Part shown: positions 1-8,660 of the stretch, piece by piece
Position numbering within the stretch: the stretch's first letter is position 1
How the letters are laid out: the number at the start of each line of letters is the position of its first letter
Assembly (NCBI GenBank): GCA_001873285.1
Contig: MNYV01000104.1
Coordinates: forward strand, 1 to 44,024
DNA length: 44,024 nucleotides
Direction: 5' to 3'
Source of the DNA: Nitrospirae bacterium CG2_30_53_67
GTDB lineage: Bacteria; CG2-30-53-67
Notes under the pieces: model-generated
What the model was told of the DNA's origin: nothing
What the model saw: the letters and a program-made list of their open reading frames with translations, nothing else
Database searches by the model: none
Position numbers and translations under genes: made by a program

Positions 1-872
1 AGAACATCGAAGTTCTCAAGGGACGCTTCAAGACCCTTATGACAGAACAAGCGTCTGCCTATCTCAAACTTTGCCAAGGATCTATTGACGACAAAGCCGT
101 CGAGCGAGCCATTGACGCTTTTGACGATAAGGATAAACGGGAAGCCTTCTTCAAATTCTTCAAGGAACTCGAAGTGCTTTATGAGATCATTTCGCCGGAT
201 GTTTTTCTCCGCGACTATCTGGACAACTACCGAAATCTTTCGATTCTCCACCAGATTGTTCGAAATGCTTTCGGCAAATATATTGTCCCTTGTGCGGATA
301 TTGCAAAAAAGACGGAGTCGCTGGTTCGTGAGAGCGTGACGGCCTATGGGCTTACAAACACGATGCCGCTGGTGAAGATCGATGAAAAAACGCTGGATGT
401 CTTGAAAAGCTCGAAATCGTCCACCTCCTCCAAGATCATCAATCTCGGAAAAGGCTTGATCCAGACGGTCATCGACCAGGGGGAGGAGCAACCCTTTTTA
501 GTTCCGATCGGGGAGCGCGCAGAGGCCATTCTGGAAGCCTACGACGACCGACAGATCGAAACCCAGGCTGCTCTCAGGCAGCTTGAATCGTTGCTGAACG
601 AATATTTGCAATCGCGAAGGGAATCTGAGAAGAGCGGTCTTGACATGAACACCTTCACGATTTTGTGGATATTAAAACAGGTGGGTGCAAAGCAACCTGA
701 GCAAGCGGCTCCCCTGATCGACGATGCCTTGAAGCGATTCCCATACCATGCCTATAATGCCGCAGACCGGCGTCGCCTGAAGGCAGAACTTTATAAGATT
801 CTCCTGCCGGCGGTCGGTAAGGAGCGGATGGTGGATTTGGCTGATCGAATCCTCAAACTTCCGAGGAAATGA
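1..872 (+). CDS. hsdR: Type I restriction endonuclease R subunit, C-terminal part (5' truncated by window)
   Basis: Frame is open from position 3. Helical C-terminal region resembles HsdR tails (FFKFFKELEVLYEIISPDVFLRDY). Overlaps an M48/YgjP gene, the usual hsdR neighbour. Helicase motifs are not in the window. Confidence 0.7.
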   Translation, partial: NIEVLKGRFKTLMTEQASAYLKLCQGSIDDKAVERAIDAFDDKDKREAFFKFFKELEVLYEIISPDVFLRDYLDNYRNLSILHQIVRNAFGKYIVPCADIAKKTESLVRESVTAYGLTNTMPLVKIDEKTLDVLKSSKSSTSSKIINLGKGLIQTVIDQGEEQPFLVPIGERAEAILEAYDDRQIETQAALRQLESLLNEYLQSRRESEKSGLDMNTFTILWILKQVGAKQPEQAAPLIDDALKRFPYHAYNAADRRRLKAELYKILLPAVGKERMVDLADRILKLPRK

Positions 873-1201
873 AGATGTCCAGAAAGACGAGTTTCAACAA
901 GGCTACGGCTTTGAAAGAGAATGTGGGGAAGTGGGCAACTCGAATCGGTGTGCATCCGAATCGTGTTCAAATCCAGCGTATGACAAAAAAGTGGGCTTCC
1001 TGCTCGACGGGTGGGCGGATCTGCTTCAGCACAGATCTATTGAAGGAAGATAGAGCTTTCCAGGAGGTTGTTATCGTCCATGAACTTCTTCATCTCCGTG
1101 TACCTAACCATGGAAAACTATTTAAGAGTATGATGAATGCGTATCTGCCCCACTGGGAAACAGCAGTAAATGGGCGTGTGGCTCGCATGTGCGGCTATTG
1201 A
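869..1201 (+). CDS. Short M48/YgjP (DUF45)-like metallopeptidase
   Basis: KWASCS motif and VHELLHLRVPNHGKLF (HExxH plus downstream His). ATGA overlap with hsdR stop. Confidence 0.85.
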   Translation: MKMSRKTSFNKATALKENVGKWATRIGVHPNRVQIQRMTKKWASCSTGGRICFSTDLLKEDRAFQEVVIVHELLHLRVPNHGKLFKSMMNAYLPHWETAVNGRVARMCGY

Positions 1202-1265
1202 ATCCTTTTATTGATTCGATAGAGTTTCGGGAATGAAGACAGCAAGCACAAAATCGGGCCGCACT

Positions 1266-2459
1266 TTATAACGCCCTGCAGACCAGGCCCTTGAGGTAGC
1301 TTCCTTCCGGGAAACTGAGCAGCGTGGGGTGGTCGGGAGCCTGGGTGAGCCTTTGGATAATCTGGGCCTCCCGCCCTGCGTCCAATGCCGCTCCGGCCAC
1401 AATCTTCTGGAACAGATCCGGCGCCAAGAGTCCTGAGCAGGAGAAGGTGAAGAGCACGCCGTTTGGTCTTAGCAGTTTGAATGCCAGCAGGTTGATGTCC
1501 TTGTATCCGCGGCCTGCGCGCTCGATCTGGCTTAGGGACTCGGCAAACTTCGGCGGGTCCAGGACGATGAGATCGAACTCACGGCGTGAATCGCGGTATT
1601 GCCGCAGGACCTGGAACACGTCCCCGGCTACATTCTCAACTTGAGCAGCATTCAGACCATTCAGCTCGACGTTTCTCATGGCCAATGTCAGGGCATCGGA
1701 GGAGGACTCGACATTGGTCACCCGGGCCGCGCCGCCCTTGAGTGCGCATACACCGAACCCTCCGGTATAGGCGAATCCGTTCAGGACCTCCCTGCCCCTG
1801 GCATATTCGGCTGCCAAGGCGCGGTTGTCACGCTGGTCAAGGTAAAAGCCTGTTTTATGGCCGTGCAGGATATCCACCAGGAAGCGGCACTCCCCCTCCT
1901 GAATCTCGATCAGGTCGGGCGGCGCATCCCCTGCGAGGACCCCTGTGGATCGAGGCAGACCTTCCTTCTCCCGGACATCGAGATCCGAACGCTCGTAGAT
2001 GCCTGCACAGGGGATCAGATCCTTGATCTGGGCAACGATCTCCTGCTTCCAGTATTCTGAGCCTGCGGCCATGAACTGGCAGACCAGGAAATTGCCGTAG
2101 CGGTCCACAATCAGCCCGGGCAGGCCGTCGGATTCCGAGTGGACCAGCCGGACCGCAGTCAGGTCTTTGGATTCTGTCAGGGTACGCCGGTAGGCGATGG
2201 CCCGCTTCAGCCGTTCACGGAAAAAAGCAGGCGTTATCTCTTCATCCGGATTAAACGTCCAGACGCGGACCGTGATCTGGGATCGGGGGGAATAGGCGCC
2301 CCGGGCAAGCCTGGTGCGTTCCTGAGCCAGGATTTCCACGGTTTCTCCGGATTTGGGCGAGCCTTCAACCGCTGCAATGGCGCCGGAGAAGATCCACGGA
2401 TGGCGGCGGCGCAGGGCTTTTTCACGCCCGGATTTAAGAATGACCGAAGCCATGCCCAT
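1266..2459 (-). CDS. rlmI: 23S rRNA m5C1962 methyltransferase (PUA + class I SAM MTase)
   Basis: RRHPWIFSGA, ESDGLPGLIVDRY, GHKTGFYLDQR, DPPKF and PEGSYLKG motifs. Confidence 0.93.
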   Translation of the reverse strand: MGMASVILKSGREKALRRRHPWIFSGAIAAVEGSPKSGETVEILAQERTRLARGAYSPRSQITVRVWTFNPDEEITPAFFRERLKRAIAYRRTLTESKDLTAVRLVHSESDGLPGLIVDRYGNFLVCQFMAAGSEYWKQEIVAQIKDLIPCAGIYERSDLDVREKEGLPRSTGVLAGDAPPDLIEIQEGECRFLVDILHGHKTGFYLDQRDNRALAAEYARGREVLNGFAYTGGFGVCALKGGAARVTNVESSSDALTLAMRNVELNGLNAAQVENVAGDVFQVLRQYRDSRREFDLIVLDPPKFAESLSQIERAGRGYKDINLLAFKLLRPNGVLFTFSCSGLLAPDLFQKIVAGAALDAGREAQIIQRLTQAPDHPTLLSFPEGSYLKGLVCRAL

Positions 2460-2507
2460 TCAGACACCCATTGAAAGATCCGATAGAAAAACCGTGACCT
2501 CCGGGAT

Positions 2508-2535
2508 ACTATAATAAGGGATGATTTGAAATCAA
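2508..2535 (-). promoter_or_regulatory. Putative sigma70 promoter for rlmI
   Basis: Minus strand TTGATT-16 bp-TATAGT upstream of rlmI. Confidence 0.45.
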
Positions 2536-2538
2536 GGG

Positions 2539-3714
2539 TTAAACGAATTGCCCTGCACAGTAGCCTGAGGACCAGGCCCACTGCAGGTTGAAACCCCCGA
2601 GGTCACCTGTGACATCGGTCACCTCTCCTATAAAATAGAGGCCTTTGACTTTTTTGGACTCCATGGTCTTAGAGGAGAGATCATGGGTATCGACGCCGCC
2701 CAGGGTGACTTCTGCGGTTTCATACCCTTCTGTGCCTTTGGGTTTGACCTCCCATCGATGCAGGATATTGGACAGATGCTTGAGTTCCTTGTCCGGAATC
2801 TGATTTATGGGCCGGTTTTTAATCCAGAGATCACAGATCCGCTGGGCAAGTCGGGCAGGGAGGCGTTCCGACAGGATTGTTTTGATAGTGGTCTTGGGCC
2901 TGAGGATCTTTTGTTCTCCGAGATGCTCATAGAGATCGAGGCCCGGAAGAAGGTCGATGACCAGGGTATCGCCTGATTTCCAGTAAGAGGATAGTTGCAG
3001 GATGGCCGGACCGCTCAACCCATGGTGTGTGAAGAGGAGGCTTTCCCGGGCCTCCCTTTTGTTGCATGTCACCATCACATCCATGGACAGGCCTGCGAAC
3101 CCTTTGAAGCGGTCCGCATCCTCACGGCTGAATATCAGCGGCGCCAGGCCGGGCCTCGGTTCTACCATATTTAACCCAAACTGTCTGGCGATCCTGTGCC
3201 CCAGGTCCGAGGCGCCCAGTCCGGGATAGGATAACCCTCCGGCGGCCACGACCAGGGATTCGCACTCGAAGTCTCCGAGGCTGGATCGGACCTGGAAGAA
3301 ACGGCCTTTTTTGATCCTTCGAATGCGGCATCCCAATCGGATGGTGACGCCGGCATCTTTGCATTCTTTCAGTAACATGGTCACAATCTCTCTTGCCGAT
3401 TTATCGCAGAAGAGCTGCCCGGATGTTTTTTCATGGTAGTGTATGCCGTGTCGTTGGACCAGTGCCATGAAGTCGTGCTGGGTATACCGCGCCAAGGCGG
3501 ACTTGCAGAAATGTTCGTTACCGGATAGATAGTGTTCCGCAGAGATGTTCAGGTTGGTAAAATTACAATGCCCGCCGCCGGAAATAAGGATTTTCTTCGC
3601 GGCCCTGTCTGCGTGGTCCAGACACAGGACATTTCGCCCCCGTTTGCCTGCTTCCATGGCGCACATGAGCCCTGCAGCGCCTGCGCCGATAATGATGACG
3701 TCAACATCTGTCAT
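2539..3714 (-). CDS. HI0933/YhiN (BaiN/RdsA) family NAD(P)/FAD-dependent oxidoreductase
   Basis: GAGAAG FAD motif, KILISGGGHCNFTN, LFTHHGLSGPAIL and GGFNLQWAWSSG. Start moved from 3783 to ATG 3714 (MTDVDVIII). Confidence 0.93.
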   Translation of the reverse strand: MTDVDVIIIGAGAAGLMCAMEAGKRGRNVLCLDHADRAAKKILISGGGHCNFTNLNISAEHYLSGNEHFCKSALARYTQHDFMALVQRHGIHYHEKTSGQLFCDKSAREIVTMLLKECKDAGVTIRLGCRIRRIKKGRFFQVRSSLGDFECESLVVAAGGLSYPGLGASDLGHRIARQFGLNMVEPRPGLAPLIFSREDADRFKGFAGLSMDVMVTCNKREARESLLFTHHGLSGPAILQLSSYWKSGDTLVIDLLPGLDLYEHLGEQKILRPKTTIKTILSERLPARLAQRICDLWIKNRPINQIPDKELKHLSNILHRWEVKPKGTEGYETAEVTLGGVDTHDLSSKTMESKKVKGLYFIGEVTDVTGDLGGFNLQWAWSSGYCAGQFV

Positions 3715-3788
3715 AGGATGACAGCAACTTATTAAGGTTCTCATCATAGAAACGACATCATATCGAATTCCACAAGCGTCCATGTTTC

Positions 3789-3844
3789 ACCTGTCTGCCA
3801 TAGCCTGTCTGCCGCGCTCGCGGCGCAGGCAGGCACAGGCAGGT
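3789..3844. repeat. Nested REP-like palindromes (CCTGTCTGCC...GCACAGGCAGG family)
   Basis: Outer ACCTGTCTGCCATA-GC...GC-ACAGGCAGGT contains an inner GCCTGTCTGCCGCGCTCGCGGCGCAGGCAGGC. Related copies at 17227-17252 and 39459-39483. Confidence 0.8.
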
Positions 3845-3893
3845 AGGTGACGCCGCCGCTCTTCTTGTTGTGACGACGCAGATCCATGTCGCC

Positions 3894-3922
3894 ATTATGC
3901 CAAGGTGTGCTCTCCGGTGCAA
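3894..3922 (-). promoter_or_regulatory. Putative sigma70 promoter for the HI0933-family gene
   Basis: Minus strand TTGCAC-17 bp-CATAAT with TG at -15/-14. Confidence 0.55.
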
Positions 3923-4000
3923 GGGGGTTTTCTGAACTAACTGGATTTAAAAAGCGGATCGTGTCTGCGACAAATTTATGGGTAAATATTTCTCTAAGAG

Positions 4001-4114
4001 CGTCATTCCCCGATCCCCCGATCAGGCCTGTCCTCCGATCCCCCGATCAAGCTTGCCCTCCGACTTGATCGGAGGGTCGGAAGGCAAGCTTGATCGGGGG
4101 ATCGGAGGACAGGC
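4001..4114. repeat. Long nested inverted repeat built from CCGATCCCCCGATCAAG units
   Basis: Perfect 32 bp arms at 4026-4057 and 4083-4114 enclose a smaller hairpin CCCTCCGACTTGATCGGAGGG. An extra half unit lies at 4001-4025. Confidence 0.9.
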
Positions 4115-4147
4115 ATTTTTGCCGCACACCCAGAGGATCTCTTGCCC

Positions 4148-4176
4148 TTGACATTGCCCGCCGATCCACCTAAGAT
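4148..4176 (+). promoter_or_regulatory. sigma70 promoter for mobB
   Basis: TTGACA-17 bp-TAAGAT, followed by RBS AAGGAG before ATG 4204. Confidence 0.7.
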
Positions 4177-4203
4177 ACCTTCCGCCCATCAAAAGGAGCT
4201 TCT

Positions 4204-4698
4204 ATGATCCCCGCTGTTTCCATCGTGGCCCGGAGCGGCACGGGCAAAACCACTTTCCTGGAAAAACTCATCCCGGTCCTCACGGGCCGCGGCTACCGCG
4301 TGGGTGTGGTCAAACATGCCCACCACCGCATCGATATTGATCAGTCCGGCAAGGATTCATTCCGCCTGCGGAAGGCCGGAGCGGACGTGGTGATCATCAA
4401 TGCCCCCAACCAGATGGCCCTGATCCGGCGACAAAGGCACGAACTCCCCCTCCGTGAGGTTCTCGATTATTTTCGTGACGTGGATTTGATATTGATTGAG
4501 GGGTATAAAGGAGAAGACCTTCCGAGAATCGAGATCTTCCGGACCGGGGCAGGGCGCCCCGAACCCTTCTTTATCAAGGGGATGTCTCCCTTTGCCCTGG
4601 TCACGGACGGATCGTTTCCCAAAACACCGTTCTCAGTCTTTACCATGGACAATGTCCAAGGGGTTGCCGACCTGATTGAAAAGGAATTTTTAATGTAA
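4204..4698 (+). CDS. mobB: Molybdopterin-guanine dinucleotide biosynthesis protein B
   Basis: SGTGKTT P-loop, VKHAHH..DID..GKDS and DLILIEGYK. Confidence 0.93.
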   Translation: MIPAVSIVARSGTGKTTFLEKLIPVLTGRGYRVGVVKHAHHRIDIDQSGKDSFRLRKAGADVVIINAPNQMALIRRQRHELPLREVLDYFRDVDLILIEGYKGEDLPRIEIFRTGAGRPEPFFIKGMSPFALVTDGSFPKTPFSVFTMDNVQGVADLIEKEFLM

Positions 4699-4769
4699 GT
4701 TCCTTGACAGAAGATCGTTTTTCTGTTTTCATACTTAACCATGAGAGACAAAACCGAGGGACATCTTCT

Positions 4770-5978
4770 ATGAGCGATTTTTATCAGACCGGAGCGGTTG
4801 CGACCTTCCACCGCCTCGGCAAAAGCGACTTGGTGAGCCTGGAGTCAAAGCTGCTGGAAGCTTCGACAACCAGAGGGGTGACCCTGGTTCTTCCTTCTCT
4901 TTTTTCCGAAATTAAAGGAGAGGCGCTCAAAGAAATTTTAAGTGAGCTCTCGAAAGTCGAATATATCAGGGAAATCGTGGTTACGCTCGGTCCTGCAACT
5001 CAAGATGAGTTCCGAGAAGCCCGAAATTTTTTTTCCGTACTCCCCCAGTCCACCCGGGTGATCTGGAACAACGGCCCGAACATCCAGGCCCTGTACGAGA
5101 CCATGCAGGGGTACGGCCTATTTCCCGGAGAGGACGGCAAAGGGAGAAGCGCATGGATGGCCTATGGGTATATCATCGCGGAGGGAGGAAGCAAGATCAT
5201 CGCCCTTCACGATTGCGACATCCTGACCTATTCCAGGGAACTCCTGGGACGGCTCATATTCCCGGTCCTCTCCCCCCATCTCGACTTCGAATTCTGCAAG
5301 GGATTCTACAGCCGTGTGTCCCATAAAATGAACGGCCGCGTCACGCGCCTATTTGTCACGCCTCTGATCCGTGCCCTGATCAAGACGGTCGGGAGGCTGG
5401 ACATCCTTCATTATTACGACAGTTTCCGTTATCCTCTCGCTGGAGAGTTCTCTATGCTGACGGATCTGGCCCGTATCAACCGGATCCCCGCCGACTGGGG
5501 TCTGGAGGTCGGGGTATTGGCCGAGATCTACCGTAACTGTTCAGTCAAGCGGATCTGTCAGGTCGAACTCTGCGAGAATTATGACCACAAACATCAGGGG
5601 CTTTCACCGGCCGACCCTGAAAAGGGCCTCAACAAGATGGCCATCGATATTGCGAAGAATATCTTCAGGACCCTCTCGGGCGAGGGAATTATTTTTACAC
5701 CGGGCTTCTTCAACACCCTGTGCGCGACCTATCTCCGTATCGCCCAGGATACCATTGCCCGATATCACGGAGACGCCATCATCAATGGGCTGGAGTACGA
5801 CCGGCACGAGGAGGGGACTGCCGTAGAGGTCTTTACTGAAGCCATCCGGAGGGCCGGCGAGATCATCACTCAGGACCCCCTGGGGCCGCCGCAGATCCCG
5901 GCCTGGAACAGGGTCTTTGCTGCTATTCCGGATTTTGCGGAACGAATTCTTGAAGCGGTAAGAACGGACAATCCATAA
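4770..5978 (+). CDS. gpgS: Glucosyl-3-phosphoglycerate synthase-type glycosyltransferase
   Basis: MSDFYQTG start, GKGRSAW, LHDCDI, GRVTRLFVTPL, FRYPLAGEF, DWGLEVG and YDHKHQ. Start moved from TTG 4704 to ATG 4770. Confidence 0.82.
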   Translation: MSDFYQTGAVATFHRLGKSDLVSLESKLLEASTTRGVTLVLPSLFSEIKGEALKEILSELSKVEYIREIVVTLGPATQDEFREARNFFSVLPQSTRVIWNNGPNIQALYETMQGYGLFPGEDGKGRSAWMAYGYIIAEGGSKIIALHDCDILTYSRELLGRLIFPVLSPHLDFEFCKGFYSRVSHKMNGRVTRLFVTPLIRALIKTVGRLDILHYYDSFRYPLAGEFSMLTDLARINRIPADWGLEVGVLAEIYRNCSVKRICQVELCENYDHKHQGLSPADPEKGLNKMAIDIAKNIFRTLSGEGIIFTPGFFNTLCATYLRIAQDTIARYHGDAIINGLEYDRHEEGTAVEVFTEAIRRAGEIITQDPLGPPQIPAWNRVFAAIPDFAERILEAVRTDNP

Positions 5979-6031
5979 GACCGGATCAAACAATCCGCCG
6001 GTTTTATACATAGAGTAATAAATAAATTCGC

Positions 6032-6156
6032 ATATAGGGCGATAGAACAAAGCAGACCGAGGCGCGACGAAGTCGAGGAGTGAGGCGTACTGATCGTACG
6101 CCGCAACGACGAGACGAGGAAGCAACAAAGGTATGCAAAGTTCTGTTGCTCTGTAT
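6032..6156 (+). repeat. Structured intergenic repeat / MITE-like hairpin element
   Basis: 17 bp closing helix (6032-6048 with 6140-6156) containing 4 G-U pairs on the + strand. Apical GGCGTAC-TGATC-GTACGCC hairpin at 6084-6102. Confidence 0.65.
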
Positions 6157-6197
6157 AACCGGCGTTCTGAAACCAAAGGTATAAACGGTATCAAGAA

Positions 6198-7475
6198 ATG
6201 AAGTTTGACACATCACTTCGGCCCTACACGGTCAAGCGGATCGAAGAGATCGACCGGGTTGACATTCTTGTGGGCATTCCCTGCTACAACAACGAAGCTA
6301 CCATCCAGCATGTAATCCGGATGGTCTCCCACGGCATACGGGACCATTACAGGGACAAAAGAGCCCTGATCATGATAGCCGACGGCGGGTCCACGGACGA
6401 TACCCGGGAGATGGCCAGGGAGTTCGAGATCCAGCCTTGGCAGGAAAAGATCGTCAGTGTATACCGGGGTCCTGCCGGGAAAGGGACGGCCCTGCGGTCC
6501 ATCTTCGAGGCCGCGGACCGGCTCGATGCCGCGTCCTGTATGGTGGTGGATTCGGACCTTAGAAGCATCACTGTGGAATGGGTAAAATCCCTCCTGGATC
6601 CGGTGCTGAACCACGGCTATGACTTCGTCACTCCCATTTATACACGCTACAAATATGACGGGACCATCACCAACAACATCACCTACAACCTGACCCGAGC
6701 CCTGTACGGAAAGCGGATCCGCCAGCCCATCGGCGGGGACTTTGCCTTTTCACCGTCTTGTTTCCGTTACCTGCTGGCCCAGGACGTATGGGATACGGAC
6801 GTGGCCCGGTTCGGGATCGATATCTGGATCACCACCAGCGCCGTCATCAATCCGTTCAAAATCTGCCAGGCACACCTCGGCGTAAAGATCCATGACGCCA
6901 AAGACCCTGCCTCACACCTTGCGGTCATGTTTCTCCAGGTCATCGGGACCCTCTTTTCCCTCATGGAGAAGAATGAACACTACTGGAAGCCAATCAAGGG
7001 TTCCACACCCACAGAGATCTTCGGCGCCCCCGGGAACGTCAAGCCCGAACCCATCCACGTGGACAAGGAACTTCTGGTCAGCCGTTTCAAGTCCGGATAC
7101 CGCAACTTCGGCGTGCTTTACGAAAAGATCTTCACACCCGAATGTTTCCAGATGATCCGCAAGGCTGCCCGTCTTTCACCCAACCGATTCATGTTTGGAA
7201 CCGACACCTGGGTCCGGACCCTTTATGAACTGGCTTCCACCTATCACAAGTGGGGCCACAACCGGCGCCGTCTCCTGGAACTGGCCATCCCTCTTTACTT
7301 CGGCCGCGTAGCCTCTTTTATCAACCGCACCTGGGAAATGGACTCTGAAGAAGCCGAACAGGTGGTCGAGGAGCAGGCCCTGCGGTTCGAGGAGTACAAG
7401 GGCTACCTGATCCAGCGATGGGAGGAACCCTTTGAAGAGGACGAGGCAGTCAACCACACGCTCCAAAAAATATAA
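6198..7475 (+). CDS. GT2-fold glycosyltransferase resembling single-step glucosylglycerate/mannosylglycerate synthases
   Basis: VGIPCYNNEATI, DGGSTDDT, GKGTAL, VDSDLRSI, YDGTITN, RQPIGGDF, FGIDIW and KIHDAKDP. Lies between gpgS and the phosphatase. Confidence 0.75.
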   Translation: MKFDTSLRPYTVKRIEEIDRVDILVGIPCYNNEATIQHVIRMVSHGIRDHYRDKRALIMIADGGSTDDTREMAREFEIQPWQEKIVSVYRGPAGKGTALRSIFEAADRLDAASCMVVDSDLRSITVEWVKSLLDPVLNHGYDFVTPIYTRYKYDGTITNNITYNLTRALYGKRIRQPIGGDFAFSPSCFRYLLAQDVWDTDVARFGIDIWITTSAVINPFKICQAHLGVKIHDAKDPASHLAVMFLQVIGTLFSLMEKNEHYWKPIKGSTPTEIFGAPGNVKPEPIHVDKELLVSRFKSGYRNFGVLYEKIFTPECFQMIRKAARLSPNRFMFGTDTWVRTLYELASTYHKWGHNRRRLLELAIPLYFGRVASFINRTWEMDSEEAEQVVEEQALRFEEYKGYLIQRWEEPFEEDEAVNHTLQKI

Positions 7476-8301
7476 ACCGGCCGGCCCCGGCCCTCGGATC
7501 GTGATCTTCACAGACCTGGACGGGACCCTCCTTTCCGCCGAAACCTATGAACCCGGCCCATCCCTGGAAGCGCTCCGGCAGTGCAGGAAACTTCAGATCC
7601 CCGTGATCTTTGTCTCCAGCAAGACCCGGGCTGAAATGGAACGGCTCCGCAAGGAATTAGACAACTCCGACCCCTTTGTCTCTGAAAACGGAGGGGGCGT
7701 TTTTCTACCCAGGGAGACATGGGAAAAACCGCAGGGATTTGTGGAGGGTGGGAACTACTGGAGTCTTTGGATCGGCGTTCCGCACGCGGCCATCTTGAAG
7801 GCCCTCGATGCCGCAGTTAAAAGGTGTTCCGCCCGGATCGAGCGATTCTCGTCCATGAGCATAGACCGGATCATGGAACGGACCGGCCTCTCTCCCGATG
7901 AGGCCCGTCTCGCCCGGATGCGGGAATTTGATGAGCCTTTCCTGATTCCCGATCAAAGCGACAAGATCATCACCGGCCTCGAACAGGAAATCCGGAAAGC
8001 CGGATTCAATTTAACCCGAGGCGGACGCTTTTATCACGTCATGGGAGGGTGCGACAAGGGGAAGGCCGTGCGCCGGATCATGGATCTCTACAGGGGCCTG
8101 AATCCCGACGTCTGCTTTGCTGCGGTCGGAGACGCGGAGAACGACCTTCCCATGCTGCTGGAAGCGGATCTTCCGTTTCTGGTCAGGAAACCCGACGGAG
8201 AATATGACAAGGCCGCGGTCTTGAACCGCGTGATTATAACGCAGGGGATCGGGCCGCAAGGCTTTTATGAGGCTGTGAGAAACATCATAACTAATTCTTA
8301 A
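7432..8301 (+). CDS. Mannosyl/glucosyl-3-phosphoglycerate phosphatase (HAD-IIB, MpgP/GpgP family)
   Basis: FTDLDGTLL, SSKTRAE, ENGG, REFDEPF, GGRFYH, DKGKAV and GDAENDLPML. Start uncertain (TTG 7432 or GTG 7501). Confidence 0.88.
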   Translation: MKRTRQSTTRSKKYKPAGPGPRIVIFTDLDGTLLSAETYEPGPSLEALRQCRKLQIPVIFVSSKTRAEMERLRKELDNSDPFVSENGGGVFLPRETWEKPQGFVEGGNYWSLWIGVPHAAILKALDAAVKRCSARIERFSSMSIDRIMERTGLSPDEARLARMREFDEPFLIPDQSDKIITGLEQEIRKAGFNLTRGGRFYHVMGGCDKGKAVRRIMDLYRGLNPDVCFAAVGDAENDLPMLLEADLPFLVRKPDGEYDKAAVLNRVIITQGIGPQGFYEAVRNIITNS

Positions 8302-8357
8302 GGATTTGCGGCGGCATGCATCTTGCGAACGCCGTGCAGTAGATCAAAAAATCAGAA

Positions 8358-8392
8358 GGGGAAAAGCCCGGGACTTCCCCGGACTTTTCCCC
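8358..8392. terminator. GC-rich hairpin, probable intrinsic terminator
   Basis: GGGGAAAAGCCCGGG-ACTTC-CCCGGACTTTTCCCC. A T-rich tail is present on the minus strand. Confidence 0.5.
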
Positions 8393-8660
8393 CCTCCCAA
8401 AAAGGCCTTCTCCCAGGGCTTCTCAGGGTTAGATCCTTCTCTAATTTCTGTTTAGAATTCGCTTTTATTCAAATTTCCCAATAAAAAATTCATTATTCAG
8501 GAATTCATCACCCATTAACATATTATCTTCTAATATCTTTCTTTTTCACTTGCGTAAAACACGGACAGATGATAATATGTCAAATAATAATGGTGATCAA
8601 GATTATAAAATTGTCAAATTATTTTGTTCTGTTTTTATGACGTTTTGAGGCTTGGATATC

